NCBI GenBank assembly: GCA_965204345.1
Contig: OZ241981.1
Coordinates: 384,001-448,000, forward strand
Length of the DNA stretch: 64,000 nucleotides
Reading direction: 5' to 3'
DNA from: Nitrosopumilus sp.
Lineage (GTDB): Archaea > Thermoproteota > Nitrososphaeria > Nitrososphaerales > Nitrosopumilaceae
The position numbers and the translations under genes were made by a program. The notes beneath the pieces were generated by a model, which did no database searches, was not told the DNA's origin, and worked only from the letters and a program-made list of their open reading frames with translations. Position 1 is the stretch's first letter, and every line of letters starts with the position of its first letter. Below, piece by piece: positions 41,308 to 51,549 of the stretch.

Positions 41308-41922
41308 ATGAGAAAGCTGGGAACCATAGATTTGGAGATTTTACATTTGGCAATAAACAAAGACGATACGTTTGATGAAACGGATTTGGAAAAATCGGAA
41401 TTAAGGCGGCTGGGAGTTGGAAGGATTTTGGATTCCCTTGCAACACTAAAGGATAGAAAAATGCTGTCACTAAACAGGGACGGCTCATTTACAATTACAG
41501 AATTTGCAAGGGAGATTCTATGGAGTAAAAAAATGCCAACATGGGCCAAAATACTGCAGCTATTGCAGATAAAATCATGCAGTATCAAACAGATATCAGA
41601 CATTCTCAAAATATCAGCAGATAAACTAGATGTGGATTTGGAAAAATTAAGACAGAGCCAATTCGTACTAATGTCGCCGCAGAGACAAGATGAGAAAATA
41701 GTAAAAATGTTTGAAATTTTGCCAGAAGGAATAAAAGAACTAGACAGGACAGAGGCCAGGGGCTTTGATAAAACAAAACTTGGAGAGGCAGAGCCAGAAA
41801 AAGAAATCCTAAGCACCATTGATGAGGTAATTGCAGACATTCAAGGAACAGAGATAACACAGGCAAAAAAAGGGCAGATTACAAAGAAATTATCTAGCCT
41901 GAAGGAAAGACTGGAGATTTAA
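41308..41922 (+). CDS. Winged-helix domain protein
   Basis: Two wHTH-like segments (LATLKDRKMLSL..FTITEFA; SIKQISDILKI..FEILPEG). Confidence 0.7.
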   Translation: MRKLGTIDLEILHLAINKDDTFDETDLEKSELRRLGVGRILDSLATLKDRKMLSLNRDGSFTITEFAREILWSKKMPTWAKILQLLQIKSCSIKQISDILKISADKLDVDLEKLRQSQFVLMSPQRQDEKIVKMFEILPEGIKELDRTEARGFDKTKLGEAEPEKEILSTIDEVIADIQGTEITQAKKGQITKKLSSLKERLEI

Positions 41923-41926
41923 TGTG

Positions 41927-43651
41927 CTATTTTGAGCGAATCTTGTCCTGTATCTGAGCCAAGATGAGCTCTGCCTTGTCCTTATTCTCGTAATTTTCTG
42001 CAGATTCATCCATGATCTCATCAATTTCATAACTTTTGTCAACTAGGACGTTTGCAACATGATCATCTAGCGTACCATTGCCAATCAGATAGTATGCAAA
42101 TACGGTATTTTGCTGTCCAATTCTGTGAAGCCTGTCTTCTGCCTGCCTGTGAATTGCAGGACTCCAGTCAAGCTCGGCAAAAATAACATATTTTGCCCTA
42201 GTCAGATTTATGCCCACGTTGCCTGCACGAATTCCGGCAATCATCAGTTTTGATTCCCCCTTTTGGAATTTGTCTATCTGATCCTGACGCAAGGCATCAG
42301 ATTGCCCGCCAATAATTGATACAGGAGAAAATTCCTGAAGGCTTTCATGAAGCAGTTTGTGAATCACTTTATGGTGACAAAATACAACCACGCTCTCCTC
42401 AATCTCCATAATGTTTTTGACAAAGTTAATCACGTGTGGAACCTTGGCAATGCCTGCAATTTGTCGCTCGCTCTGAATTGCCCTATTGTAGGATGCAGAT
42501 TTTGAGAATTCGGATTCGGCATCCTTTTGTTCCACTTCAACTTTCTTCCAGATTTTATCAAGCTCCTCCAAATAGTAATCAGTGTCAGCTGCAATAACTT
42601 CCTTGTATCGAACTTTGTCTTTTAGCTCCTTGAGAACGTCGGATTTTTTTCGTCTAAGCATGACATGTTTTTGCAGTTCGTTCCTAAGCGAGGCGCGCTT
42701 GTTTTCTAAAACAATTGCTTTTCCTTTTTCGTTGACATAGCAAAAGTACTCACAAAATTCCTTAAAGCTTCCCAGCAATCCGGGCTTGATAATATCAATG
42801 ATTGGCCATATTTCAGAGCCCCTGTTATAAATTGGAGTGCCAGAAAGCCCGATTCGGTACAAGACTGAAGAAAGGGCGGCTAATTTTTTTACAGCTTTGT
42901 ATTTCTGAGTCGTTTTTGATCTCAGGTTGTGGACCTCATCGCAGACAATGGTCTTGATTCCCAATTTGGACAGGTCATCATTTCTTTTAAAGAGCAGCTC
43001 ATAATTAATTATGTAAATGTCAGTTTTTGGCAATTCCTTGGATTTTCCAGTTCTGATGATGGTGACACTGGGGGATTCGGATTCAACAACCCTTCCATTT
43101 CTGCTTTTTTTCTTTAAAAATTTTGCAATCTCCCGCTCCCAGTTATTCAAGGTGACCAAGGGGGCAACAACAAGTAGCGGAAATGTCTGCTTTTCAGTTG
43201 CAGCATAGGACAGTGTCTGAACGGTCTTTCCAAGACCCATCTCATCGGCCAACAATGCATTGCCTGAGGATTTGAGCAAAAAGTCCAGTCCCTCTTTTTG
43301 AAAGTTTAACAGCTTTCCCCTGAATTGCTCACCTGTTTTTGCCCGTTTTAGCTTTAGCTTGACAGGAGGCAAGGCAGGTTTTGGGGCATATGTTTTTACA
43401 ATTTTTCGCTGCCAGATGGATTTTGAGAGAATTTCAAGGGGGTACCTATCCATGATTAGCTTTAGCTGCTTTACAGTCTCTGTACTGTCAGGAATTATGA
43501 TTTCATTGACGTTTTCGCCATACCAGGCCTCAGTAACAAGCCTGGAGATCATGCTGACGGCACGATCGCCTGTAACCTTCCAGCTCCATATTTTCGAATA
43601 CTTGTCAAGGACGTATTCCAATGTGCCAATGTTTTCCATGGATGTTTCCAT
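41927..43651 (-). CDS. SNF2-family helicase/translocase
   Basis: LLADEMGLGKT, DEVH, LSGTP, GINLT, QAEDRLHRIGQ. Confidence 0.95.
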   Translation of the reverse strand: METSMENIGTLEYVLDKYSKIWSWKVTGDRAVSMISRLVTEAWYGENVNEIIIPDSTETVKQLKLIMDRYPLEILSKSIWQRKIVKTYAPKPALPPVKLKLKRAKTGEQFRGKLLNFQKEGLDFLLKSSGNALLADEMGLGKTVQTLSYAATEKQTFPLLVVAPLVTLNNWEREIAKFLKKKSRNGRVVESESPSVTIIRTGKSKELPKTDIYIINYELLFKRNDDLSKLGIKTIVCDEVHNLRSKTTQKYKAVKKLAALSSVLYRIGLSGTPIYNRGSEIWPIIDIIKPGLLGSFKEFCEYFCYVNEKGKAIVLENKRASLRNELQKHVMLRRKKSDVLKELKDKVRYKEVIAADTDYYLEELDKIWKKVEVEQKDAESEFSKSASYNRAIQSERQIAGIAKVPHVINFVKNIMEIEESVVVFCHHKVIHKLLHESLQEFSPVSIIGGQSDALRQDQIDKFQKGESKLMIAGIRAGNVGINLTRAKYVIFAELDWSPAIHRQAEDRLHRIGQQNTVFAYYLIGNGTLDDHVANVLVDKSYEIDEIMDESAENYENKDKAELILAQIQDKIRSK

Positions 43652-43897
43652 AATTTGTGGAGAGAAAGTTTTTTTGCCTTATGAATCTTCATATTTTCCC
43701 CGATCATTAAAAGGGAGATCAGAAAACTACAATGGTTAAAATATGATAGTGTTTTTTATGTTAGGACAAAATTGTCAGGATGGATCGGCAGGCTCAAAAT
43801 GTCAAAGCCAAGGCATTCCAAGCAGCAAGTCACAGCTTGAAAAATAAAAAAAACCGTTGCGACATACGTTTAAAGTTCATTATCATGCAGGTAAAGC

Positions 43898-44581
43898 ATG
43901 GAGTTTATACAAGATGCCAAGCCGGACATTAAAAAGCCAATCATCATAGCGGCAATGCAGGACATGGGAAGCGTCGGGAGCATTGTCATAGATTTCATTA
44001 ACGAGTCACTTGGAACAAAAATATTCAGAACAGCGCAGACATCCTCCCCAACATACGTCATAGACAACGGGGGATACATTGATCTTCCGGATGAAAGATG
44101 GGAATACAGATACACCGAGGATTTGATAGTTTTTGGGGGCGGGGAGGGACAGCCACAAAACAGCAGTGAGTTAAACACATTATGTCAGGACGTTATCAGC
44201 ACTGCAAAAAAATATTCTGCAAAATTCATCTATACTGTGGGAGGATTTCATACCAATCGAGTTCTTACAAATATGCCAAAGACATACATCACGACAACAT
44301 CAAGGGAGCTTACAAGACAGGTGGAAGGGCTGAAAGTTCATACCACGCCGCCCCAAAAATCACTGATTACGGGATTTAACGGGTTAATTCTCGGATTTGC
44401 AAAGAAAAACGAGATTCAGGGAATAGGAATGTACGGGGAATTAAACGAGCCAAAAATCCCCCAGTACAGGGCAGCCATAAGCATCATTAAAACCCTAGAA
44501 ACACTGACATACAGAAAATTAGGAAATACAGAAGAACTAGAAAGAAGAGCCAAGGAAATAGAGAGAAAGTTTCAAAATTAG
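43898..44581 (+). CDS. PAC2-family proteasome assembly chaperone
   Basis: PIIIAA.QDMGSVG, QPQ, IYTVGG, ITGFNGLILG, LERRAKEIE. Confidence 0.85.
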   Translation: MEFIQDAKPDIKKPIIIAAMQDMGSVGSIVIDFINESLGTKIFRTAQTSSPTYVIDNGGYIDLPDERWEYRYTEDLIVFGGGEGQPQNSSELNTLCQDVISTAKKYSAKFIYTVGGFHTNRVLTNMPKTYITTTSRELTRQVEGLKVHTTPPQKSLITGFNGLILGFAKKNEIQGIGMYGELNEPKIPQYRAAISIIKTLETLTYRKLGNTEELERRAKEIERKFQN

Positions 44582-44583
44582 GT

Positions 44584-44718
44584 TCAGTGGGGTTTGCCTA
44601 CCTGATGGGGCTGGGTATTCTCATCATGGCAATCACAGCTGCAAAGATGGGTCTTGTGATTGTTCATACAGTCAATGCATTCAAAGTGTTTTCTTGTTTC
44701 ACAAGCAGCACAAATCAT
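44584..44718 (-). CDS. Cys/His-rich mini-protein (44 aa, not in ORF track)
   Basis: MICAACETRKHFECIDCMNNHKTHLCSCDCHDENTQPHQVGKPH: 7 Cys, 6 His. Confidence 0.6.
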   Translation of the reverse strand: MICAACETRKHFECIDCMNNHKTHLCSCDCHDENTQPHQVGKPH

Positions 44719-45007
44719 CCCAATACTGTTAAAGTATAGAAGAATTTGAGTTTTTTCTCTAGTTTTAGGTTTTAATGCCTGATCTTGCTTTGGTTAATAG
44801 GTCATCAGCTGCCTGTTTTTGGCTCTGCATAGATTGCGTTTGGCAGTTCTTTGCATATTCTCATTTGGCATCTTCAGACAGCCAGTCAATTAATACAGTT
44901 TTAGGAATATAGTATAAAATTGGGTGGAATTACTCAACAAAAATTCAAAAATAGCGAATTTTTATTCATACTTTGTCTTAACTGTGCAAATCAAAACAAA
45001 GTCTCAC

Positions 45008-45895
45008 ATGCACAAAAAGACACACACAGTAATGGGGCTAGTTGCAGTGTTGGCATTATTTTCATTTATTCCCAGTGCTCAGGCAGAACTCTCAGAGTTT
45101 GTCATCGAGCTGAACATTGAAAAAGATATCATCTATGAGGGGGAAACAGTTGTGGTTACAGGCAGAGTAATTGATCACGCATATGAGCCGACTAGAGGCG
45201 TAGAGGTATTTGTAAGGACAGGATCAGATACGGCCAAGACTTTTACGGATACCAAGGGATTCTTTACAGTAGAATTTGAGGATTTTCAGGGAATACCTGG
45301 GACATATACGGTTAATGTGGCCGCATCATGGTATGGCATGAGAGGACTTGCAAGTACACAGTTTCAGGTAAATGGGGATGGCACGCCAAGCTCAGCATTA
45401 CAAGAAAAACTATCAACCAAAGAGGCACAAAAATATCTCAGTGCAGAGGAGAGTGACTTTGAGAAAAACCCGGTAGGTCAGATATTATTCAGATATTACC
45501 ATGGACTGCATGATGAGTTAATACAGCAAAACAAGGAATCAGCAAAATTATCAGACGAGGAGATTCACATAAAACAGCAAAGAGAGATTGCAGAGAAACT
45601 AAGAATGGCAGACATTGCACTGTTTAGTCTAGACATGAGAATTTTAGAGGATGATGATAGTTACGAGCATTATATCAGTGGACTGAATCCGCAGATTAGA
45701 GACTTGGTAGCTTACCAGCTGAATTTTACACGAAATAACGTAATTGAGGCCCAAATCCTCAGAGATGAAATTATTGCAAATGGCGGAACCTATGAGCAAG
45801 CAAGGCAGGCATATTTGGAAATGATTTCGATTCCAAAACAAGTTTTAGAAGAATTCAATGAAAAATATCAAAAAGCTGAAAAGCACGTAGATTAG
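45008..45895 (+). CDS. Secreted protein with N-terminal Ig/carboxypeptidase-regulatory-like domain and helical C-terminus
   Basis: Signal peptide ..LALFSFIPSAQA|E; GETVVVTGRV..TDTKGFF..PGTYTVNV. Confidence 0.75.
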   Translation: MHKKTHTVMGLVAVLALFSFIPSAQAELSEFVIELNIEKDIIYEGETVVVTGRVIDHAYEPTRGVEVFVRTGSDTAKTFTDTKGFFTVEFEDFQGIPGTYTVNVAASWYGMRGLASTQFQVNGDGTPSSALQEKLSTKEAQKYLSAEESDFEKNPVGQILFRYYHGLHDELIQQNKESAKLSDEEIHIKQQREIAEKLRMADIALFSLDMRILEDDDSYEHYISGLNPQIRDLVAYQLNFTRNNVIEAQILRDEIIANGGTYEQARQAYLEMISIPKQVLEEFNEKYQKAEKHVD

Positions 45896-46159
45896 ACAGC
45901 AATGTGAAAACCCTGCGCATATTCAGGTAGGCAAAATCACCTAAAATACACCAATAAAAGCAGACATCCCAGGCCTGTTGTGCCAGTAGTGTATTGTGTC
46001 CCCTAGTGGCCCTCATCTAGAATTCTCAAGCAAGAGTTGGCAGGCATCTAAAAAATGCCTGCCTGTGAAAAGCGCAGATCTCAAGAAAAACATTTGCTGT
46101 GCCTGCATCCTTTTTATTTGTCTAAACAATTTTTAATCACGCCAATTAGAGAAAACAGA

Positions 46160-46495
46160 TTGGAGATATTTCATAAATCTGCCTGCATTACATGCAAAAA
46201 GACAATATCAGAAATTCAAAGAATGAACGTGGATCTGAGGACCAGGGATTTTTTCAAGGATCCATTCTCAGAGGCAGAGCTAAAAAAAATAGTAAAAATG
46301 ACAGGCAAGGGCCCATCAGAGCTGCTTAGAAAAAGAGACAAAATGTACAAGAAACTAGATTTGGAAAATGCAAAAAAATCAGACAGTCAAATAATCAAAC
46401 TAATGATAAAACATCCAGGATTGATTTTACGCCCAATAGTCATAACCAAAAGCAGGGCACTTGTTGGAAGAATTGACAAAAATAACTTGGAATAG
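46160..46495 (+). CDS. ArsC/Spx-family protein
   Basis: CITCKK, DFFKDP..ELKKI, HPGLILRPIV; TTG start at 46160. Confidence 0.88.
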   Translation: MEIFHKSACITCKKTISEIQRMNVDLRTRDFFKDPFSEAELKKIVKMTGKGPSELLRKRDKMYKKLDLENAKKSDSQIIKLMIKHPGLILRPIVITKSRALVGRIDKNNLE

Positions 46496-46496
46496 C

Positions 46497-46742
46497 CTAG
46501 TCGGAACCTTCTTGTTTGAAAATTCTGACTGCCTCTAGATGAGAACAGTTGGCCCTTAATCCCTTCCCGTGATGAAACTTGTAGAAATTTTTGAACCCGG
46601 GACACTCACAGGTATCAGAAGTCACAAAATATGACTTTTGAGGATCAGAAGAGGATTTGATTTGAAACAGATCATCCTCAATTTTTACAACGCCTCCACC
46701 CTCTACAAGTTTTTTTGCCTTTCTAATTGTATTGGCACTCAT
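46497..46742 (-). CDS. SWIM zinc-finger protein
   Basis: YFVT..CECPGF...CSHLEAV (CxC..CxH). Confidence 0.85.
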   Translation of the reverse strand: MSANTIRKAKKLVEGGGVVKIEDDLFQIKSSSDPQKSYFVTSDTCECPGFKNFYKFHHGKGLRANCSHLEAVRIFKQEGSD

Positions 46743-46989
46743 GAGAAATCAAGTGTGCAACAAAGTTTTATTTGTTGTTTTCATATGTTCATAGATTATT
46801 TAAATGACAGGTGCATGTGATAATGGGCAAGAGGCAGTTTCATGCACACAGGCATGGAATTTGTTTTGGCATCATATGTTGTTAAAGTAAAGACATGTGT
46901 CTTAAGCAGAATTCACACAGACAAAAGAGGAGATTCAAATCTTGGTATTATAAAATAAAAGAGTTTTGAAGGTTACTCAAAACGATTTT

Positions 46990-47313
46990 CTAGCCTGATT
47001 TGTGGTTTTGGAAGCATTCTCTGCAGTAAACAGGCCTGTCTTCTTTTGGCTTGAATGGAACCTGGCAGTCAATTCCACAGTCACCACATTTTACATCATG
47101 CATTTCACGCGGCCTATCATCCCGTCTGCCAAATCTAGAACCACGGTAACCAAATCTGCCCCCACCGCCCTGTCGGGGTGCAGGTCTGTGGTTTTGGAAA
47201 CATTCGCTGCAGTAAACAGGCCTGTCTTCTTTGGGCTTGAATGGAACCTGGCACTCATTGCCACAGTCACCACATGTTGTAGTATGCATTTCTCTTTCTC
47301 TATCAAAGGACAT
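46990..47313 (-). CDS. Tandem CxxC-x17-CxxC domain protein with G/R-rich linker
   Basis: Two CGDCG..CQVPFKPKEDRPVYCxECF units. Confidence 0.92.
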   Translation of the reverse strand: MSFDREREMHTTTCGDCGNECQVPFKPKEDRPVYCSECFQNHRPAPRQGGGGRFGYRGSRFGRRDDRPREMHDVKCGDCGIDCQVPFKPKEDRPVYCRECFQNHKSG

Positions 47314-47783
47314 GTCTTTCTACAACTTGGTAGATGCCTATAGTAATAAACTGTGGGAAAAACGGTTCTGCTGCGTTTATGAGGGATAGAGACGAATCTG
47401 TTTGGTAGCACAAGTTTTAATCAAGCCCTGCAAACACACCAACCTAAATGTTTGTGGGATGTTTCTCTGTTCCTCAGATTCTTTTCTGCACATATCACAG
47501 AGCAATATTTGAGATCATCTTCTGCATCTCCCTGAGAACATTACGATTTTGATCATAAAATGCACAGCAAATGGTGTCTCTCTTTTTATTGCCTGTTTTT
47601 ACATTCCTTGCACATACGAGTCAAAATGCCCATGAATGGGCCTACTGTCTATCTCTTTTGCAGCAGACAGATATTGCCCTGGTCCCATCTAATTGGCGCT
47701 CACTGTTTTTTGAGCGCTTTGCAGCAGAATTGTCTTTTTTTTTGAGGTGAAATGCCAAAAACGCAATAATCTTTTTTTCGGTG

Positions 47784-47957
47784 CTAAAATCCAAAGGGGA
47801 CAAACCCAAATATCACAAGTGTGATACCTGCAACTGCTGCTATCAGATGTACATTGGAGGATGCAGCAGCCACAACGCAGATGGAGCCAAGCATCAGACA
47901 GAGAAACTCACGCGGAGAGAATGTCCTTATTCTGAGGTTTATCCAGCGGGAATCCAT
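47784..47957 (-). CDS. Possible small membrane protein
   Basis: Two short hydrophobic segments; weak support. Confidence 0.4.
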   Translation of the reverse strand: MDSRWINLRIRTFSPREFLCLMLGSICVVAAASSNVHLIAAVAGITLVIFGFVPFGF

Positions 47958-48647
47958 CAGTGACTTGCTTGGGACAGAGAGCACTTGCATGCCATGTTAA
48001 GATGGTTTTGTATTAAAGGGGAAAATTACAAGGCCATAGTTGAAAGGCGATGTAGAGCTTCTCCCCTAGCCTTTCTATTTTGGAAAAATTTTTAGTCCAT
48101 AGATCATATGAACTCAGTTGATTGGAATTTTTCCCCAAGTCATAGTTGGCAACTTCCCATTGCTGTATGCAGTAAAACCGTATTTTCTCACATACAAATA
48201 TTCTTAGAATTTAAAGTTCTAAGAGCGTACGAATTTAGCTGGTCACCCAACGAAAAGGACAATTGTTGGTTGAAATTGATCTTGTGATTTTATTTTAAGT
48301 GATCATCGAAAGGTTCTGCCGTGATTTGGCGCAGTAATCTCTTGTTTTGAGCCATCTTCTCGTATGTGATATTCCACAACTGCCAGTCCTCTTTGAATTG
48401 CTTTATTCATACAATTAGAGAAAAACATACTGGAATTTATGTTAGTCCTCTAACGTAATACTTTAGCACCCAAATGTAACACAGGTTTAAAGTCAGGCAA
48501 AACGATCCAACAGGTACCAGTGTAAATAATTTTGAACTAATTGAGGAAAACGAATTAAAACACATAATGAGTTGAAGATAAAATCATTGTAAGTAAAGAA
48601 AACAACACAGAAAAATCAAATTCAAAATACAAAAAGAGAAAGGCGAG

Positions 48648-48959
48648 TTATTGTGCAGATGTCTTTATCTCAAGCGGCTCAGTTTTTCTTACCAATTCTG
48701 GTTTCACTTTTGTATTTTCAACAACTTCAAACATTTTCTTTATGTTTGAGGAAACATTAACATCAAAAACTTGGCATTGTTGTTTTGATTTGCACTGTAA
48801 ATATTCATGTGCAAATGAACGGCTTATGGATTTAATGCCAGTAAAATCGATCAAAACTTCTTTTGCATCTTGGAATTCATTTGCTTTGAAAATGCCTGAA
48901 GCCATATTCCGCAGTGATAAATCCTCGGATACTCTATCTTTTAATATCAGCACAGTCAT
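48648..48959 (-). CDS. STAS-like (DUF4325-type) protein
   Basis: VLIDFTGIKSISRSFAHE resembles the SpoIIAA/STAS motif. Confidence 0.8.
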   Translation of the reverse strand: MTVLILKDRVSEDLSLRNMASGIFKANEFQDAKEVLIDFTGIKSISRSFAHEYLQCKSKQQCQVFDVNVSSNIKKMFEVVENTKVKPELVRKTEPLEIKTSAQ

Positions 48960-49065
48960 ACTTTTCTATGTATCTTACAAATTATAAATCTTTTATTCTA
49001 TTTGGCACAGTCATAAATATTAATTTCAGGCATAAATGCCACGAAAATATGCAGATTTAACCAAT

Positions 49066-49851
49066 TTATTCAACATAGTCGTAGATATTAATTTTAGGAG
49101 TATTTTTTGGTATTCTGACTGAGATTAAAGTACCGTTTAATCCGGCGGATTCAGTTAATCGATATAATTCATCTCCATTACGATCAACATGAACAGCACC
49201 ATTACCAGATACAATAAAAAATTTTGAATTCAGACCTTTAATAAATAGATTAAGCGAAGTTCTTAATCCAAAACCTCTGTCATTATCCTTAGTTGACATA
49301 CCGTTTAACGCTTCACGAATTGCGTTACTTGCTTCATCAGGCAGCTTTTTTTCCTTAAAGCTCTGCGGTATGGTAATCCCATTATCGTAAAATGATAAAT
49401 CAATAAATCCTTTGGAATCATAACGTTGTCCCATTATCAATGCTTTAGTAAAATTAGAATGTTCGTAAATATTATCAATCAATTCACTTACAACATATTT
49501 GAATGCGGATATACCACCAAAATCTGATGTGTTTTTTTGCATTGCAAATATTTCTTTCAAATATCCTTCAACCTCTTCACAGCTTTCAGGCAATGTGACA
49601 ATAGGAGTATATGTGTGTTGTAAATTAGATGGTGGTAAATCAATCATTGTTGTAATATAATTTGCAACATTTGTTGATTTAGGAGGGATATAATTTTCTC
49701 GATTTTTAACAATGATTTCACTTAATGGCAAAAAAGTTGTAGGAAATACAAACGACGTATCACTTAAATCTATTTTGCCAGAATTCTCAAATTCAGATTT
49801 ATAATTCACAAATTCAACATACTCTGTTACTAAACTTGGATATGAAGACAT
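49066..49851 (-). CDS. GHKL/HATPase_c ATP-binding protein (anti-sigma-kinase-like)
   Basis: N box ELIDNIYEHS, G1 DNGITIP, G2 RGFGL, G3 GTLI. Confidence 0.82.
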   Translation of the reverse strand: MSSYPSLVTEYVEFVNYKSEFENSGKIDLSDTSFVFPTTFLPLSEIIVKNRENYIPPKSTNVANYITTMIDLPPSNLQHTYTPIVTLPESCEEVEGYLKEIFAMQKNTSDFGGISAFKYVVSELIDNIYEHSNFTKALIMGQRYDSKGFIDLSFYDNGITIPQSFKEKKLPDEASNAIREALNGMSTKDNDRGFGLRTSLNLFIKGLNSKFFIVSGNGAVHVDRNGDELYRLTESAGLNGTLISVRIPKNTPKINIYDYVE

Positions 49852-50099
49852 AATCAGATATTGTTATGCTAATATATGAATCGTAGCAAGGAAAGATACT
49901 TCCATGAAAAATTCAGAATGGACATACGCAGATAAAATATTATTTGACACCTACGATCTTAGATGTACTTATAGTGTTTTGAGGTTCTGGTAAATTCTGG
50001 TATTCTATTATTCCATAAAATCCAAATTTGAGGAAGAACCGTATTTCGGATCTGGATAAGTTAGAAGAACATTCGTTTTAGCCCTTTAATGCAATTTCA

Positions 50100-50470
50100 T
50101 ACTGTTGTTATTGTGTCTGAAGACAGGCAAATTACACCCAAGGAAACACCACACAAGATATGGCGGTTTGGAGACTTGGCTGTGGATAATTATTACGGGC
50201 CTCATCTGCATGTACTGTACAAGGACACAAATCCTCAAGCTGCAAATAGCCATCTATGCACTCAATATGGTTTCCAATGTGGCATGGATGGCAATCCACA
50301 TAGTTGCCATAATAGTACTAGGCGATGCGATATCTCAGTGGCAGTAGAGTTCTGCCAAAAGAATTCCTCCTGATAGGGGGCAGGCATTGTGTATGGTTTC
50401 TTTACGCCTCCAAGCCCCCCCCCCATGTCACGTATTATTAGCAGTGTCAAAAAAACATCTATTGTTATAA
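50100..50470 (+). pseudogene. Possible degraded membrane-protein gene
   Basis: Hydrophobic segments in different frames (WLWIIITGLIC..IVAIIVLGD then LLIGAGIVYGFF), separated by a stop and frameshift. Confidence 0.3.
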
Positions 50471-50499
50471 ACTAACTAGATTACTTTGAACTATTGGGC

Positions 50500-51549
50500 A
50501 TGAAAAGATACATCGCCACAAGAATGGCAACAATGTTTGGAGTCTTGATGATAACACTGCTAATTACAATTGCACTGGTAGGCTCCAATATGGACACCAT
50601 TCTAAAGCAGGGAATTACATTCCAAGTAAGATCCGAAATAACAGAGAATCCATCCATTTCAGAGAGCTTCTCATCAGTAGAGGAATTTGAGGAGTTCGTT
50701 GAGGACCAAATTGATAAAAGGGTGGAAATTTTGGGACTAGACAGACCGTGGTACTCGCCACAGAGAATAGGGGTCACCATGTACAAAATCATGCTGTTGG
50801 ATTTTGGTCATGCGACATTTCTTACAAGTGACAAGGGATCCTCAAATGTAAAAGACATCCTGTTTGAAAAACTTCCAAGAACCGTCCTGTTATTTACGAC
50901 TGCCACGGTAATTATTTCAGTTGTAGGGATATTCCTAGGGGCATTCTCTAGCAGCAAGGTGGGATCAGTAACAGACAGAATTACGTCAAGCTTTGCAATC
51001 ATTAGTTCCAGCTTTCCAGTATGGTGGATAGGAATGCTAATGATATTCCTATTTGCATTTACCTGGGAGATATTTCCTGCACGGGCAACTCCGGACATCC
51101 CGTCAACTGATCCAGCATATTTTGTAACCCTGCTATACCACATGGCACTGCCACTAATCACAATTGTGATGATTGGTTTTGGATCATGGGCATATCTGGT
51201 AAGAAACTTCATGGTAGGAATAATGCAGGAAGACTTTATCATGGCAAAAAAAACAATCGGGGTCAGGCAAAAAAGAATCATCTACACACATGCCCTAAAA
51301 AATGCAGCGCCTCCAATTGCCACAATTTTGGCACTTAGCCTGTCAGGGTCCCTTGGAGGGGCAATAATTACAGAGGCAGTTTTTGACTGGCCTGGAATGG
51401 GAAGATTATACTTTGAGGCAATCACGGTAATGGACTTGCCAGTCATTATTGGAGCAACATACCTGCTGACTGTATTTTTCCTAGTTAGCATATTCATAGC
51501 AGACCTGCTTTACGGATATTTTGACCCCAGAATAAGGACAAAAAAATGA
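50500..51549 (+). CDS. Peptide/nickel ABC transporter permease (DppB/OppB family)
   Basis: LPRTVLL, HMALP, HALKNA, AIITEAVFDWPGMG, DLLYGYFDPRIR. Confidence 0.93.
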   Translation: MKRYIATRMATMFGVLMITLLITIALVGSNMDTILKQGITFQVRSEITENPSISESFSSVEEFEEFVEDQIDKRVEILGLDRPWYSPQRIGVTMYKIMLLDFGHATFLTSDKGSSNVKDILFEKLPRTVLLFTTATVIISVVGIFLGAFSSSKVGSVTDRITSSFAIISSSFPVWWIGMLMIFLFAFTWEIFPARATPDIPSTDPAYFVTLLYHMALPLITIVMIGFGSWAYLVRNFMVGIMQEDFIMAKKTIGVRQKRIIYTHALKNAAPPIATILALSLSGSLGGAIITEAVFDWPGMGRLYFEAITVMDLPVIIGATYLLTVFFLVSIFIADLLYGYFDPRIRTKK

